Positions 18,408 through 27,484 of a stretch of DNA of 64,000 nucleotides are shown piece by piece. Both the position numbers and the translations under genes were made by a program. Source of the DNA: Actinomycetota bacterium (GTDB lineage Bacteria > Actinomycetota > CALGFH01); NCBI GenBank assembly GCA_035535495.1, contig DATLQA010000029.1, forward strand, positions 7,447 to 71,446, given 5' to 3'. The notes beneath the pieces were generated by a model. The model did not search any database. It was not told the DNA's origin and saw only the letters and a list, made by a program, of their open reading frames with translations. How positions within the stretch are numbered: the stretch's first letter is position 1; each line of letters opens with the position of its first letter.

Positions 18408-19655
18408 TCAGGTGCTCTGCCTGGACGGCTCCATCACCGTCCGGGCCAGCTCGGGGAGGCGCCAGGCGAGCAGCGCCACGCCGGCGAGGCAGGCGAGGCC
18501 GCCGGAGACCACCGAGAAGCGGGTGCCGGCGAGCGCGGCGACGGCGCCGGCCTCGGCGTCGCCGAGGCGCGGCCCGCCGGTGACCACCGCGATGTGGATC
18601 GACGACAGCCGGCCACGCAGCCCGTCGGGGACGGTGAGCTGCAGGATCGTGTTGCGGAACACGGCGGAGACCACGTCGGCGCCGCCGGCGACGGCGAGCA
18701 GCGCCAGCGCCAGCGGCAGCCAGCTGACCAGGCCGAACACGGTGATCGCCGCGCCCCAGACCGCGACGGCGACCAGCACGGCCAGGCCCTGCCGGCGGAC
18801 GCGGCCGACCCAGCCGGCGGTGAGCGCCCCGAGCAGCGCTCCGGCGCCGGGCGCGGCGTACAGCAGCCCGACCGTTCCCGGTCCGCCGCCGAACAACCCG
18901 GTGCCGAGCGCCGGGAACAGCGCCCTCGGCATGCCGAAGATCATCGCGTTCAGGTCGATCAGGAAACAGCCTTGCAGGGCGCGCTTGCCGCGCAGGAAGC
19001 GGAACCCCTCCCGGACCGAGCCCACTCCCGCGCGGGCGGCGCCCGCACCCGGCGGCAGCGGCCGCAGCGCCGCCGCGAGCAGGGTCGCGGTGATGAACGT
19101 GGCCACGTCGATCCCGTACGCGGCGGCCAGGCCCGCCTGGCCGACGATCAGCCCGGCCAGGGCCGGTCCCGCGACCAGGCCGACGGTCATCAGGATCTGG
19201 TGGAGCGCGGCGGCGGCCGGCAGCAGCTCGCGGCGGACCAGGGCGGGGATCGCCGCGGTCCGCGCCGGCCCGTCGACCGCCTGCAGGCCCGCGCCGGCCG
19301 CGGTGAGCACGTACAGCGGCCAGAGCGAGGGACGTGGTTGCAGCGCGTTGACGACCAGCCCGGCGCTGAGCGCGCCCCTGGCGAGCTGGACCCAGATCAG
19401 CAGGACGCGCCGGTCGACCGCGTCGACCAGCACGCCGCCCACCAGCGAGCAGGCCAGCAGGGGCCCGAGCTGTGCCAGCCCCACCAGCCCGACCGCGAGC
19501 GACGAGCGGGTCAGCAGGTAGACCTGCAACGGGACCGCCACCACGGTGATCTGGCTCCCCAGGAAGGCGAACAGCTCGCCCACGTACAGGACGCGGTACT
19601 GCCGCGATTCCCTGAGCGGGGTGATGTCGCTGAGCAGGCGCGGGCGGTTCGACAT
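18408..19655 (-). CDS. MFS transporter
   Basis: The 415-aa product has 12 predicted TM segments. The ATG is MSNRPRLLSD. The larger track ORFs here are frame artefacts. Confidence 0.85.
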   Translation of the reverse strand: MSNRPRLLSDITPLRESRQYRVLYVGELFAFLGSQITVVAVPLQVYLLTRSSLAVGLVGLAQLGPLLACSLVGGVLVDAVDRRVLLIWVQLARGALSAGLVVNALQPRPSLWPLYVLTAAGAGLQAVDGPARTAAIPALVRRELLPAAAALHQILMTVGLVAGPALAGLIVGQAGLAAAYGIDVATFITATLLAAALRPLPPGAGAARAGVGSVREGFRFLRGKRALQGCFLIDLNAMIFGMPRALFPALGTGLFGGGPGTVGLLYAAPGAGALLGALTAGWVGRVRRQGLAVLVAVAVWGAAITVFGLVSWLPLALALLAVAGGADVVSAVFRNTILQLTVPDGLRGRLSSIHIAVVTGGPRLGDAEAGAVAALAGTRFSVVSGGLACLAGVALLAWRLPELARTVMEPSRQST

Positions 19656-19714
19656 GCCGGCCACGGTAGCAACCACGCCGGCGCCGCCCTGGCCAGGGCG
19701 GCGGGACCGGTGGC

Positions 19715-20803
19715 TCAGGCGCTCCGGTCGGTGACGTGGTCGGCGAGCGCCGCCAGGGCGGCCCTGGCCCGCTCGTCGATGCCGTCGGCGGCGGCGAGGG
19801 CCACCTTGGCCTGGCCGAGCAGCTCGGCGATGCGGGCCTCGGTGTCGGCCAGGGCACCGGAGCCGGCGATCACCTGGCGGACCGCCTCCACGTCGTCCTC
19901 GGTCAGCTTGGGCTCGCCGAGCGCGGCCTCGAGCAGGCGCCGCCCCGCCTGGTCGCCGCGCTCCCTGGCCTTGAGCACCAGGTAGGTCTCCTTGCCCTCG
20001 CGCAGGTCGTCGCCTGCCGGCTTGCCGGTCACCTGGGGGCTGCCGAACACCCCGAGCACGTCGTCGCGGAGCTGGAACGCCTCGCCGAGCGGCAGGCCGT
20101 ATGCCGAGTACCACCGCGCCAGCGCCGGCGGCCCACCGGCGATCGCCAGGCCGAGGTGGAGCGGCCGTTCGATGGTGTACTTGCCGGACTTGTAGGTCAG
20201 CACGCGGCGCACGGCCGCCTCGTCCGGCGAGCCCCGCCTGGCCTCCAGCAGGTCGAGGTACTGCCCGCCCATCAGCTCCGAGCGCAGCAGGTTGAACACC
20301 TTGAGGGCGGCGGCCAGCCGGTCGTCCGGCAGGCCGGCGTCGGCCAGGGCGGCGTCGGCCCAGGTGAAGGCGAGGTCGCCCATGAGCACCGCCGCGCCGG
20401 TGCCGAACGCGGCCGGGTCGCCCCGCCAGGTCCAGCTCCGGTGCATGCCGGCGAACTCCACGTGCATCGCCGGGCGGCCCCGGCGGACCTCCGAGCCGTC
20501 CATGATGTCGTCGTGGATCAGGGCGCAGACGTGCAGCAGCTCCACCGAGCAGGCGGCCCGCACCACCGCGTCGGCCCGCGGGCCGTCCGGCGGCCCGCCG
20601 GCGCCGCGGTACCCCCACCAGACGAACGCGGGCCGCAGCCGCTTGCCACCTTCCAGCACGAACCCGCGGAGCGCGCCGGCGACCACCTCGAGGTCGCCCT
20701 CCAAGAAGGCGAGCGCGGCCAGCTCGCGGTCGAGCAGCGCGACCAGGGCCCGGTCGACGCGGGCGCGGAGGTCCTCCAGGTCGACCGGGTCGATCTCACT
20801 CAC
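19715..20803 (-). CDS. Polyprenyl (geranylgeranyl/farnesyl) diphosphate synthase
   Basis: FARM (LIHDDIMD) and SARM (FQLRDDVLG) motifs are present. The GTG start follows GGGAAGG. The 1794-aa track ORF is an artefactual read-through antisense to the helicase-like gene. Confidence 0.85.
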   Translation of the reverse strand: MSEIDPVDLEDLRARVDRALVALLDRELAALAFLEGDLEVVAGALRGFVLEGGKRLRPAFVWWGYRGAGGPPDGPRADAVVRAACSVELLHVCALIHDDIMDGSEVRRGRPAMHVEFAGMHRSWTWRGDPAAFGTGAAVLMGDLAFTWADAALADAGLPDDRLAAALKVFNLLRSELMGGQYLDLLEARRGSPDEAAVRRVLTYKSGKYTIERPLHLGLAIAGGPPALARWYSAYGLPLGEAFQLRDDVLGVFGSPQVTGKPAGDDLREGKETYLVLKARERGDQAGRRLLEAALGEPKLTEDDVEAVRQVIAGSGALADTEARIAELLGQAKVALAAADGIDERARAALAALADHVTDRSA

Positions 20804-20890
20804 CTTCCCACCGTGCGGCCATGACCGCTTCGATCTCCGGTTCCGGCATGGTAGACGGATGCACCACACGCCGTCCCCGGAGCGTCCCGA

Positions 20891-21769
20891 TTGGCCATCG
20901 CCTCCCGCCTCACCGCGATCTCTCCCGCCGTCCGGCTCACCAGCAGCGCCCTCTACCGTACCGCCAGCGGCGTGGTGGCCGGTCGGGACGGTGCCGTGCT
21001 GCTGGTCGACCCGGGTGTACTCCCCGACGAGCTGTCGGGCCTCGCCGCCGAGCTGACCGCCGCCGGGCTGCGCCCCGCCGCCGGCGTGGCGACCCACGCG
21101 CACTGGGACCACGTCCTGTGGGCCGAAGGCCTCGGCGCCGCGCCGCGCTTCGCCACCAGGGCGACCGTGGAGCTGGTCGCCGCGCGCCGCCGCGACCTGG
21201 TCGAACGGCCCCTGGCCGAGTGGGGCGACGAGCACTACGTCCGCTTCGACACCGAGCTGGCCGGGCGGCTCGAGGCGGCCCCGGCCGACGGCACCATCCC
21301 GTGGCCAGGCCCGCCGGTCCGGCTGGTGCCCGCGGGCGGGCACTGCCCGGGGCACGCGGCCGTGCTGGTCGAGCACGACAGGGTCCTGTTCGCCGGCGAC
21401 ATGGTGAGCGAGCTCGAGGTCCCCCTGCCCGAGTGGGAGCTGGAGCCAGACCCGCTCGGCGCCTACCGCCGTGGACTGGACGCGCTCGCGGGCCTGGCCG
21501 GCGTGGCCCTGGTGGTGCCCGGCCACGGCAGCCCAGGTGACGCCGCCGAGCTGCGGCGGCGCGTCGACGCCGACCGGCGCTACCTGGACGCGCTGGAGGC
21601 CGCGGTGGCACCGGTGGCCGCCGCCGGCGGCGATGCCGAGGCCGCGGTGGCCGCGGCCGCCGGCGTCGACGACCCGCGCCTGGCCGGTTGGCCGCCGATG
21701 GCCGGCGCCCACGCCGGCAACGCCCGTGGCCTGCTCGCCTCGCTGACCCTGGCCGGGGGGCGACGGTAG
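20891..21769 (+). CDS. MBL-fold metallo-hydrolase
   Basis: THAHWDH is the HxHxDH motif. Downstream His and Asp residues are present. The start is TTG. Confidence 0.8.
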   Translation: MAIASRLTAISPAVRLTSSALYRTASGVVAGRDGAVLLVDPGVLPDELSGLAAELTAAGLRPAAGVATHAHWDHVLWAEGLGAAPRFATRATVELVAARRRDLVERPLAEWGDEHYVRFDTELAGRLEAAPADGTIPWPGPPVRLVPAGGHCPGHAAVLVEHDRVLFAGDMVSELEVPLPEWELEPDPLGAYRRGLDALAGLAGVALVVPGHGSPGDAAELRRRVDADRRYLDALEAAVAPVAAAGGDAEAAVAAAAGVDDPRLAGWPPMAGAHAGNARGLLASLTLAGGRR

Positions 21770-22030
21770 CGGCCCCGGGGCGGGGCCCGGTCGCCTGGCC
21801 TCCCACATATGCGTGCGATATACCTCCGCCCGCCGCATTGCTCGGTTATCGTTGCAAGCAGGACAAGACGGCGATCGGCGACAAGGGCGCTCACGAGATT
21901 GTCGACCACCAGCGAGCCTGGCGATCAGCAACCGGGTGTCCAGCGCCCGGCGCCGCGTCGAGCCATCTCGCGACCGCCGGTGCGGCAGCGCTCCTACACC
22001 CCTCCCGCGCCGCCGGCCTGGCTCCGCGAG

Positions 22031-25000
22031 GTGGTCGCGGCCGTCAAGGCAGAGCTGGCCGCCGCGCCGGCCGCGGCCGTCGCCGTCGACCTCGGTCCCG
22101 CCCTGCCGGACCTCGGGCCGGCGCTCGACAGCCGCTACCGGATCGACCTGCGCGGCCGCCGGGTCGGCCTGGACGCCCTGCGCGACCTCGCCCTGGTCCC
22201 GGCCGGCGACCCCGAGCGTCGCCTGCCGGTCGTCGAGGTGGTGGCCTACGCCGGCGACACCCTCACCGTCCTGGCCCCCGCCGCCCACGACGACCTCCAC
22301 CTGGTCGCCACCGTCGACCAGGCGGCCCCGCTGCGCGCCCTGGTCGCCGCGTTGGAGGAGGTGCGGGAGCCAGGCCTGGCCGAGCGGTTCGACACCCGTG
22401 TCCTCGACCGGCCACCCGCCACCACGCCGCGGCGTGCCGGGCTGAGCGCGGAGGAGACGGCCGCCTGGGCGGCGAGCTGCGCGCCAGGCTTCAACGTGGT
22501 CTGGGCGCCACCCGGGACGGACGCCGCCCGAGTGGTGGCGGAGGTGGCCGCCGAGCTGGCCGGGGCCGGGCGGAGCGTGCTGGTGGTGTCGGTCGCCGGC
22601 GCCACGGTGGACCGCGTCGCCATGGAGACGCTGCGGCTGCTCGACGGCGGCGAACCCGGCCAGGTCGTCCGCGTCGGCCCGCCGTGCCTGGCGGAGGTGG
22701 CCGACCACCCCTTCCTGCGCCTGGAGCGTGCCAGCGAGCGTCACGCCGAGGCGGAGCTGGCACGCCTCGCCGAGATCGAGCGGCGCGCCGCCGCCCTCCG
22801 CGCCGAGCCGGAGCAGCTCCTGCTGGAGCGCGCCGAGCGCCTGCTGGCAGGGTTCGACCAGGCCGGCTACGAGCACGCCCGCCGCCTGGTCGACAACGCC
22901 GACGCCCTCGACGAGCTGGAGCGCCTCCTCGGGGAGCAGGAACGGGAGCTGCAGGCCGCCCGCGACGAGCGCGAGCAGGCGGGGACCGCGTTCGACCAGG
23001 CCGCCGCGGCGGTGGCCGAGGTCGCCACGGCGCGCGCCGCCTACCAGGCGATCGACCAGCTGGAGCAGCAGCTCGCCTCGGAGCAGGGGAAGCTCGACCA
23101 CGACCGGGAGCAGATCCGCCAGCTCATGCAGCGGCTGGACGAGGCCCGCGGCGCGGTCGCCGACTACGGGCGCCTCTCCCGGCTGCGCCGGGCCACCCAC
23201 CCAGGCGGGGGCCAGCTCCGGGCCGCCCAGCGCGAGGCCGAGGCCGCCCTGCTGCCCGCATGGGAGCAGGTGGTCGAGCGCGAGCGCAAGACCGCCGAGA
23301 TGCGCCGCGGCATCGAAGCGGAGGAGCGGCGCGCCGGCACGGTCACCCGTGACGAGATCGACTACCGCGACCAGGCCCGTGGCCAGGCGCGCGAGCGGCT
23401 GGAGGCCGCCAGCGCGGCGGTGCAGGAGCAGGAGCGGGCCCAGCGGACGCTCCGCCGCGACCTGGAGCGGGCACGCCAGGCACCCGGCCCGGCCGAGGCC
23501 GACCGCCGCCTGGTCGGCGCGGCCGAGGACCAGGATCTGCCGGAGCTGGCCGCCCGCCTCGACGAGCTCCGGGCCGCCGCCAGGCCGGGCACCGTGGAGC
23601 TGGCCGCCCTGGCCGCCGAGCGCGGGCGGCTGACCGCGACCACCGCCGCGCTCGGGCCCGACACCGTGGCCAAGGCCGCGGTGGTGGCCACCACCCTCGA
23701 CCGGATGGCCGCCGATCCGGCGGTCCTGCGGTGCCGCTACGACCACGTGGTGGTGGACGAGGCAGCGGCGGCCCTGCCGCCGTCGGTGGTGCTGGCCGCG
23801 ACCCTGGCCAGCCGCGGCGTCACCCTGGTCGGCGACCCGTTGCAGAGCGGGCCGGCCAGCGTCCAGGAGACCTCCAAGGTGCTGGCGGTGTCGCGCTGGC
23901 TGCTGCGGGACAGCCTCAGCGTGCTCGGGCTGGACCGTGCCGAGCAGCTGGCCAGCCGGCAGGGGTGCACCACGCTGGCGCCGGTCCGGCGGCTCGGCCC
24001 CGACACCGCCGAGCTGGCCAACCGGGTCGCCTACCAGGGCCACCTCCGCCCCCCTGGCGAGGTCGACCGGCCCTGCCCGCCCGACGACGACCTCGGCGAG
24101 CTGGTCCTGGTCGACGTGGCCCGCTACGGGGACCTGGCCCGCGCCCGGGCTGGCGTGCGCAGCTCGATGCGCGAGTGGTGGCCGGTCGGCGCGCTGCTGG
24201 CCACCGCCATCGCCCGCCATCACGACGCGCCTGGCAAGAGCGCGGCGCTGATGGCCCCGTACGCCGCGCAGCTCCGGCTCACCGAGGCGGCCCTGGTCGA
24301 CGCCGGGGTGGGGGAGCGGGTCCAGGCGGGACCGCCGTCCCGCTTCCAGGGTCAGAGCGTCCCCGTGGCCGTCCTCGACCTGGTCGAGGACGGCCGCGAG
24401 CCCGGCTGGCTGGCCCGTGGCCGGATCGACGGCACCCGCCACGAGCTGCGCGGCCTGCGCCTGTTCGACACCGGCACGACCCGGGCCGCACGCACCTACC
24501 TGCTGGCCGACCGGGGCGCGGTCGAGCGGGCCGAGCGCGGTCCGTTGCGCCACGTCCGCGACCTGTGGCGCGAGGGGCGGATCACCGTGGTGGGCGCGGG
24601 GCGGTTCCTGCCGGTGGAGCGGCGCAGCGAGGGGCACGAGCCCGCCGCGCAGGCGCCGGCCCTGCTCGCGTTGGAGCGCGCCGCGTTCGACGACCGCCTG
24701 GAGGCCGAGCTGGCCGCCGCGACCGACGAGGTGTGGGTGTGGAGCCCGCAACTCGCCGCCCGGCCCACCCCGGTGCTCGCCTGGCTCCGGGACGCGGCCG
24801 GCCGGGGCTGCCGGGTGACCGTGTTCGTCAAGCCGCCACACGAGCACCGGCCCAACCACGAGCGGCGGCTGGCCGGCCTCCGCGATGCCGGCCTGGAGGT
24901 GGTGGCCGTCTACGGCCTGGCCGAGCGGCTGGTGGTGATCGACCGGCGGCGCTGCTTCCTCGGCAACGTGAGCGTGCTGGCCAGCTCGCGCGATCGCGAC

Positions 25001-25207
25001 GAGGGCATGGTGGTGGTGGAGGGCGCGCGGCTGGCGGGAGCCCTGCTCGGGCTCGAGCAGGCAGAGGCGTTCGCCGCCGCGCCGGCCTGCCCACGGCACC
25101 AGGCGGCGCGCTGCTACGCCCAGTGCTACCGGCGCGGACGGGACCAGGGCTGGTTCTGGACCTGCCCGTGGTGCGGCGAGCGCGAGCCGATCGCGTTCAC
25201 CGACTGA
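22031..25207 (+). CDS. Upf1-like SF1 helicase-family protein with a coiled-coil insert, fused to a PLD-like domain and a C-terminal Cys4 zinc ribbon. The catalytic motifs are degenerate
   Basis: Motif I reads VVWAPPGTDAARVV..SVAGATVD (GKT replaced by DAA). Motif II is VVVDEAAAA, motif III LVGDPLQ, motif V SRFQGQSVPVAVL and motif VI FDTGTTRAAR. The PLD-like segment is AGLEVVAVYGLAERLVVIDRRRCFLGNVS (HxK replaced by AxR). The zinc ribbon is CPRH..C..C..CPWCG. The track ORF opens at 21809, but 21809-21990 is GC-poorer and looks like leader. The GTG at 22031 is the likely start. Confidence 0.8.
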   Translation: MVAAVKAELAAAPAAAVAVDLGPALPDLGPALDSRYRIDLRGRRVGLDALRDLALVPAGDPERRLPVVEVVAYAGDTLTVLAPAAHDDLHLVATVDQAAPLRALVAALEEVREPGLAERFDTRVLDRPPATTPRRAGLSAEETAAWAASCAPGFNVVWAPPGTDAARVVAEVAAELAGAGRSVLVVSVAGATVDRVAMETLRLLDGGEPGQVVRVGPPCLAEVADHPFLRLERASERHAEAELARLAEIERRAAALRAEPEQLLLERAERLLAGFDQAGYEHARRLVDNADALDELERLLGEQERELQAARDEREQAGTAFDQAAAAVAEVATARAAYQAIDQLEQQLASEQGKLDHDREQIRQLMQRLDEARGAVADYGRLSRLRRATHPGGGQLRAAQREAEAALLPAWEQVVERERKTAEMRRGIEAEERRAGTVTRDEIDYRDQARGQARERLEAASAAVQEQERAQRTLRRDLERARQAPGPAEADRRLVGAAEDQDLPELAARLDELRAAARPGTVELAALAAERGRLTATTAALGPDTVAKAAVVATTLDRMAADPAVLRCRYDHVVVDEAAAALPPSVVLAATLASRGVTLVGDPLQSGPASVQETSKVLAVSRWLLRDSLSVLGLDRAEQLASRQGCTTLAPVRRLGPDTAELANRVAYQGHLRPPGEVDRPCPPDDDLGELVLVDVARYGDLARARAGVRSSMREWWPVGALLATAIARHHDAPGKSAALMAPYAAQLRLTEAALVDAGVGERVQAGPPSRFQGQSVPVAVLDLVEDGREPGWLARGRIDGTRHELRGLRLFDTGTTRAARTYLLADRGAVERAERGPLRHVRDLWREGRITVVGAGRFLPVERRSEGHEPAAQAPALLALERAAFDDRLEAELAAATDEVWVWSPQLAARPTPVLAWLRDAAGRGCRVTVFVKPPHEHRPNHERRLAGLRDAGLEVVAVYGLAERLVVIDRRRCFLGNVSVLASSRDRDEGMVVVEGARLAGALLGLEQAEAFAAAPACPRHQAARCYAQCYRRGRDQGWFWTCPWCGEREPIAFTD

Positions 25208-25214
25208 CCCGCCC

Positions 25215-25907
25215 TCAGCAGGCGACCGAGCAGGGTGGGGTGGTGGCGCCCGCGCGGGCGCGGGCCGAGCGGACGGCCGCGACCGGGGCGCGGCTCCCGC
25301 CCCCGCGCCACGAGGTCAGGAACGGGTAGGGGTCGACCACGCCGCGGCGGATCCACCAGACCCCCGGCCCGGTCGGCCAGGAGAGGCCGAAGTGCAGGTG
25401 GGACGGGGTGACCTGGGCCGAGCCGGTGTTGCCGACCCGGCCGAGCAGCCGGCCCGCCTCCACCCTGACGCCAGGCCGCACGCCGACGGCGAGGGCGGAC
25501 AGGTGGGAGCCGTAGTAGCGCACCCCGTCGACGCCGACGACCGAGACCGACAGCCCGCCGCGGTCGCTGCCGCGGTTGCTCGCCGACGTCCAGTGGTCGG
25601 TGGTGGTGACCTCGTCGATCCTGCCGGCCACCGGGGCCACCACGGCACAGCCCTTGGGGGCGAAGATGTCGGTCGCCGGGTAGTCGTGGTGGCCGCGGGA
25701 GAAGTCGTAGCGGCAGCCGCGCAGCGGGAAGGTGTAGCGCGCGGGCTGGGCACGGGTGGTCGCCGGCGTGGTGGTCGGCGTGGCGGCCGCCGTGGTCGGC
25801 GCGGCGGCCGTGGTGGCCGCCACGTCCGGCGCGGCGCCGCCGCCGCCGGAGCAGCCGGTGAGCAGGGCCGCCGCCACGACCAGCGCGGCGGCCAGTCGGC
25901 GCGGCAC
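25215..25907 (-). CDS. M23 family metallopeptidase lipoprotein
   Basis: The GTG start follows AAAGGAGG. The signal peptide has lipobox LTGC. M23 motifs are HHDYPATDI and GNTGSAQVTPSHLHFG. Confidence 0.8.
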   Translation of the reverse strand: MPRRLAAALVVAAALLTGCSGGGGAAPDVAATTAAAPTTAAATPTTTPATTRAQPARYTFPLRGCRYDFSRGHHDYPATDIFAPKGCAVVAPVAGRIDEVTTTDHWTSASNRGSDRGGLSVSVVGVDGVRYYGSHLSALAVGVRPGVRVEAGRLLGRVGNTGSAQVTPSHLHFGLSWPTGPGVWWIRRGVVDPYPFLTSWRGGGSRAPVAAVRSARARAGATTPPCSVAC

Positions 25908-26047
25908 GGCGGACCTCCTTTGCTCAAACGGTCGGTGGCCCTGCGCCGCCGAATGCGGCTCCGGGCCACCTCCCTGACACCGACGGCCGAACCACGATCC
26001 TACGACGACCCACCGAGGCGGTGGTGGAGGTGTGCGAACCTGTCGGC

Positions 26048-27445
26048 ATGCGGGACGAGCGCGCGGCACCCGGCCGCCGGGCCCGGCCGCCGGAGGCGGG
26101 ACCGCCGGGCCGGATCCGGCCGACCGGCGAGGTGGTCGTCGGCGGCGCGCCCGTGCCCGCCGCCGACCTCGACGCGCTCGCCACCCTCCACGCCGACCTC
26201 GACGCCTTCTACGCCAGCGTCGAGGTGATCAAGGACCCCTCGCTGGCCGGGCGGCCCCTGCTGGTCGGCGGGATCGGCGCCCGCGGCGTGGTCACCTCCG
26301 CCTCCTACGAGGCCAGGGCGTTCGGCTGCCGCAACGCCATGCCGATGGCGCGTGCCAGGGCGCTCTGCCCGAGCGCGGCCGCCCTGCCGCCCGACTTCGC
26401 CACCTACCGGACCTACTCCCGGCGGGTCCTGCGCATCTTCCGCGACGTCACCCCGCTGGTCGAGCCGCTCGCCCTCGACGAGGCGTTCCTCGACGTGGCG
26501 GGGGCGCGCCGGCTCTTCGGCGACGCCGTGGCCATCGCCAGGCTGCTGCGGGCGCGAGTGGCCGGCGAGGTCGGCCTCCCCCTCACCGTCGGCGTGGCCG
26601 CCAACAAGTTCCTGGCCAAGCTGGCCACCACCCGCGGCAAGCCGGACGGCCTGCTGGTGGTCCCGCCGAGCCGCAGCCTCGACTTCCTGCACCCGCTGCC
26701 GGTGGACGCGCTCTGGGGAGCCGGCCAGGCGACCATCGCCGTGCTCGCCCGCTACGGCCTGCGCACCGTCGGCGAGGTGGCCAGGACCCCGAGGGACACC
26801 CTCGAGGCCGCGCTCGGGGCGGCCGTCGGCGCCCAGCTCCACGAGCTGGCGTGGGGTCGCGACGCCCGCTCGGTGGAGCCCTATGAGGCGGCCAAGTCGA
26901 TCGGCTCGGAGGAGACCTTCGCCAGCGACATCGACGACCCCGACGCGCTCGCCCGCGAGGTGCTGCGCTGCTCCACCAGGGTCGGCCGCCGGCTCCGCGA
27001 GGCCGGCCTGACCGGCCGGACGGTGACCCTCAAGCTCCGCTACGCCGACTTCAAGACGATCACCAGGGCGCGGACCCTGCCCGACCCGACCGACGTGGAC
27101 GCCGACATCCACCGGGTCGCGGCCGACCTGCTCGCCCGCCTCCGGCTCGGCCGGGTGCCGGTGCGCCTGATCGGCGTCACCGTCTCCAACCTCAGCGACC
27201 TGGCGGCACCGACCCAGCTGCGGTTCGGCCAGGACCGGCCCGGCTGGGCGGCGGCGGTGCGTGCCGCCGACGCGGTCAGGGCCCGCTTCGGCGACGGCGC
27301 GCTCGACCTCGCCTCGCTGGCCGACGACGCCCCCGACGAAGCCTTCCGGGAGGCCCGCGACGCCCCACGGGTCCGCCGCGAGGCGCTGCTGGACCCTCCC
27401 GCCCCGCCGCGGCCCGGGCGGCGGGATGGGCGGCCGCGGCGCTAG
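26048..27445 (+). CDS. dinB: DNA polymerase IV (Y-family)
   Basis: Conserved motifs are LHADLDAFYASVE, SYEARAFG, LDEAFLDV and VGVAANKFLAKLA. The N-terminal start is uncertain (ATG 26048, or GTG 26132). Confidence 0.85.
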   Translation: MRDERAAPGRRARPPEAGPPGRIRPTGEVVVGGAPVPAADLDALATLHADLDAFYASVEVIKDPSLAGRPLLVGGIGARGVVTSASYEARAFGCRNAMPMARARALCPSAAALPPDFATYRTYSRRVLRIFRDVTPLVEPLALDEAFLDVAGARRLFGDAVAIARLLRARVAGEVGLPLTVGVAANKFLAKLATTRGKPDGLLVVPPSRSLDFLHPLPVDALWGAGQATIAVLARYGLRTVGEVARTPRDTLEAALGAAVGAQLHELAWGRDARSVEPYEAAKSIGSEETFASDIDDPDALAREVLRCSTRVGRRLREAGLTGRTVTLKLRYADFKTITRARTLPDPTDVDADIHRVAADLLARLRLGRVPVRLIGVTVSNLSDLAAPTQLRFGQDRPGWAAAVRAADAVRARFGDGALDLASLADDAPDEAFREARDAPRVRREALLDPPAPPRPGRRDGRPRR

Positions 27446-27484
27446 GCTGGCGGCCCCCGTTCCCCGTAGCGCGAAGGAGCCGGC

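Noticed and set aside
19715-25099. 1794-aa minus-strand ORF in the track
   Set aside because: Only its last ~362 codons (19715-20803) have protein-like content, the polyprenyl synthase. The rest is stop-free antisense of the MBL gene and the helicase-like gene. This is typical of 72% GC DNA.
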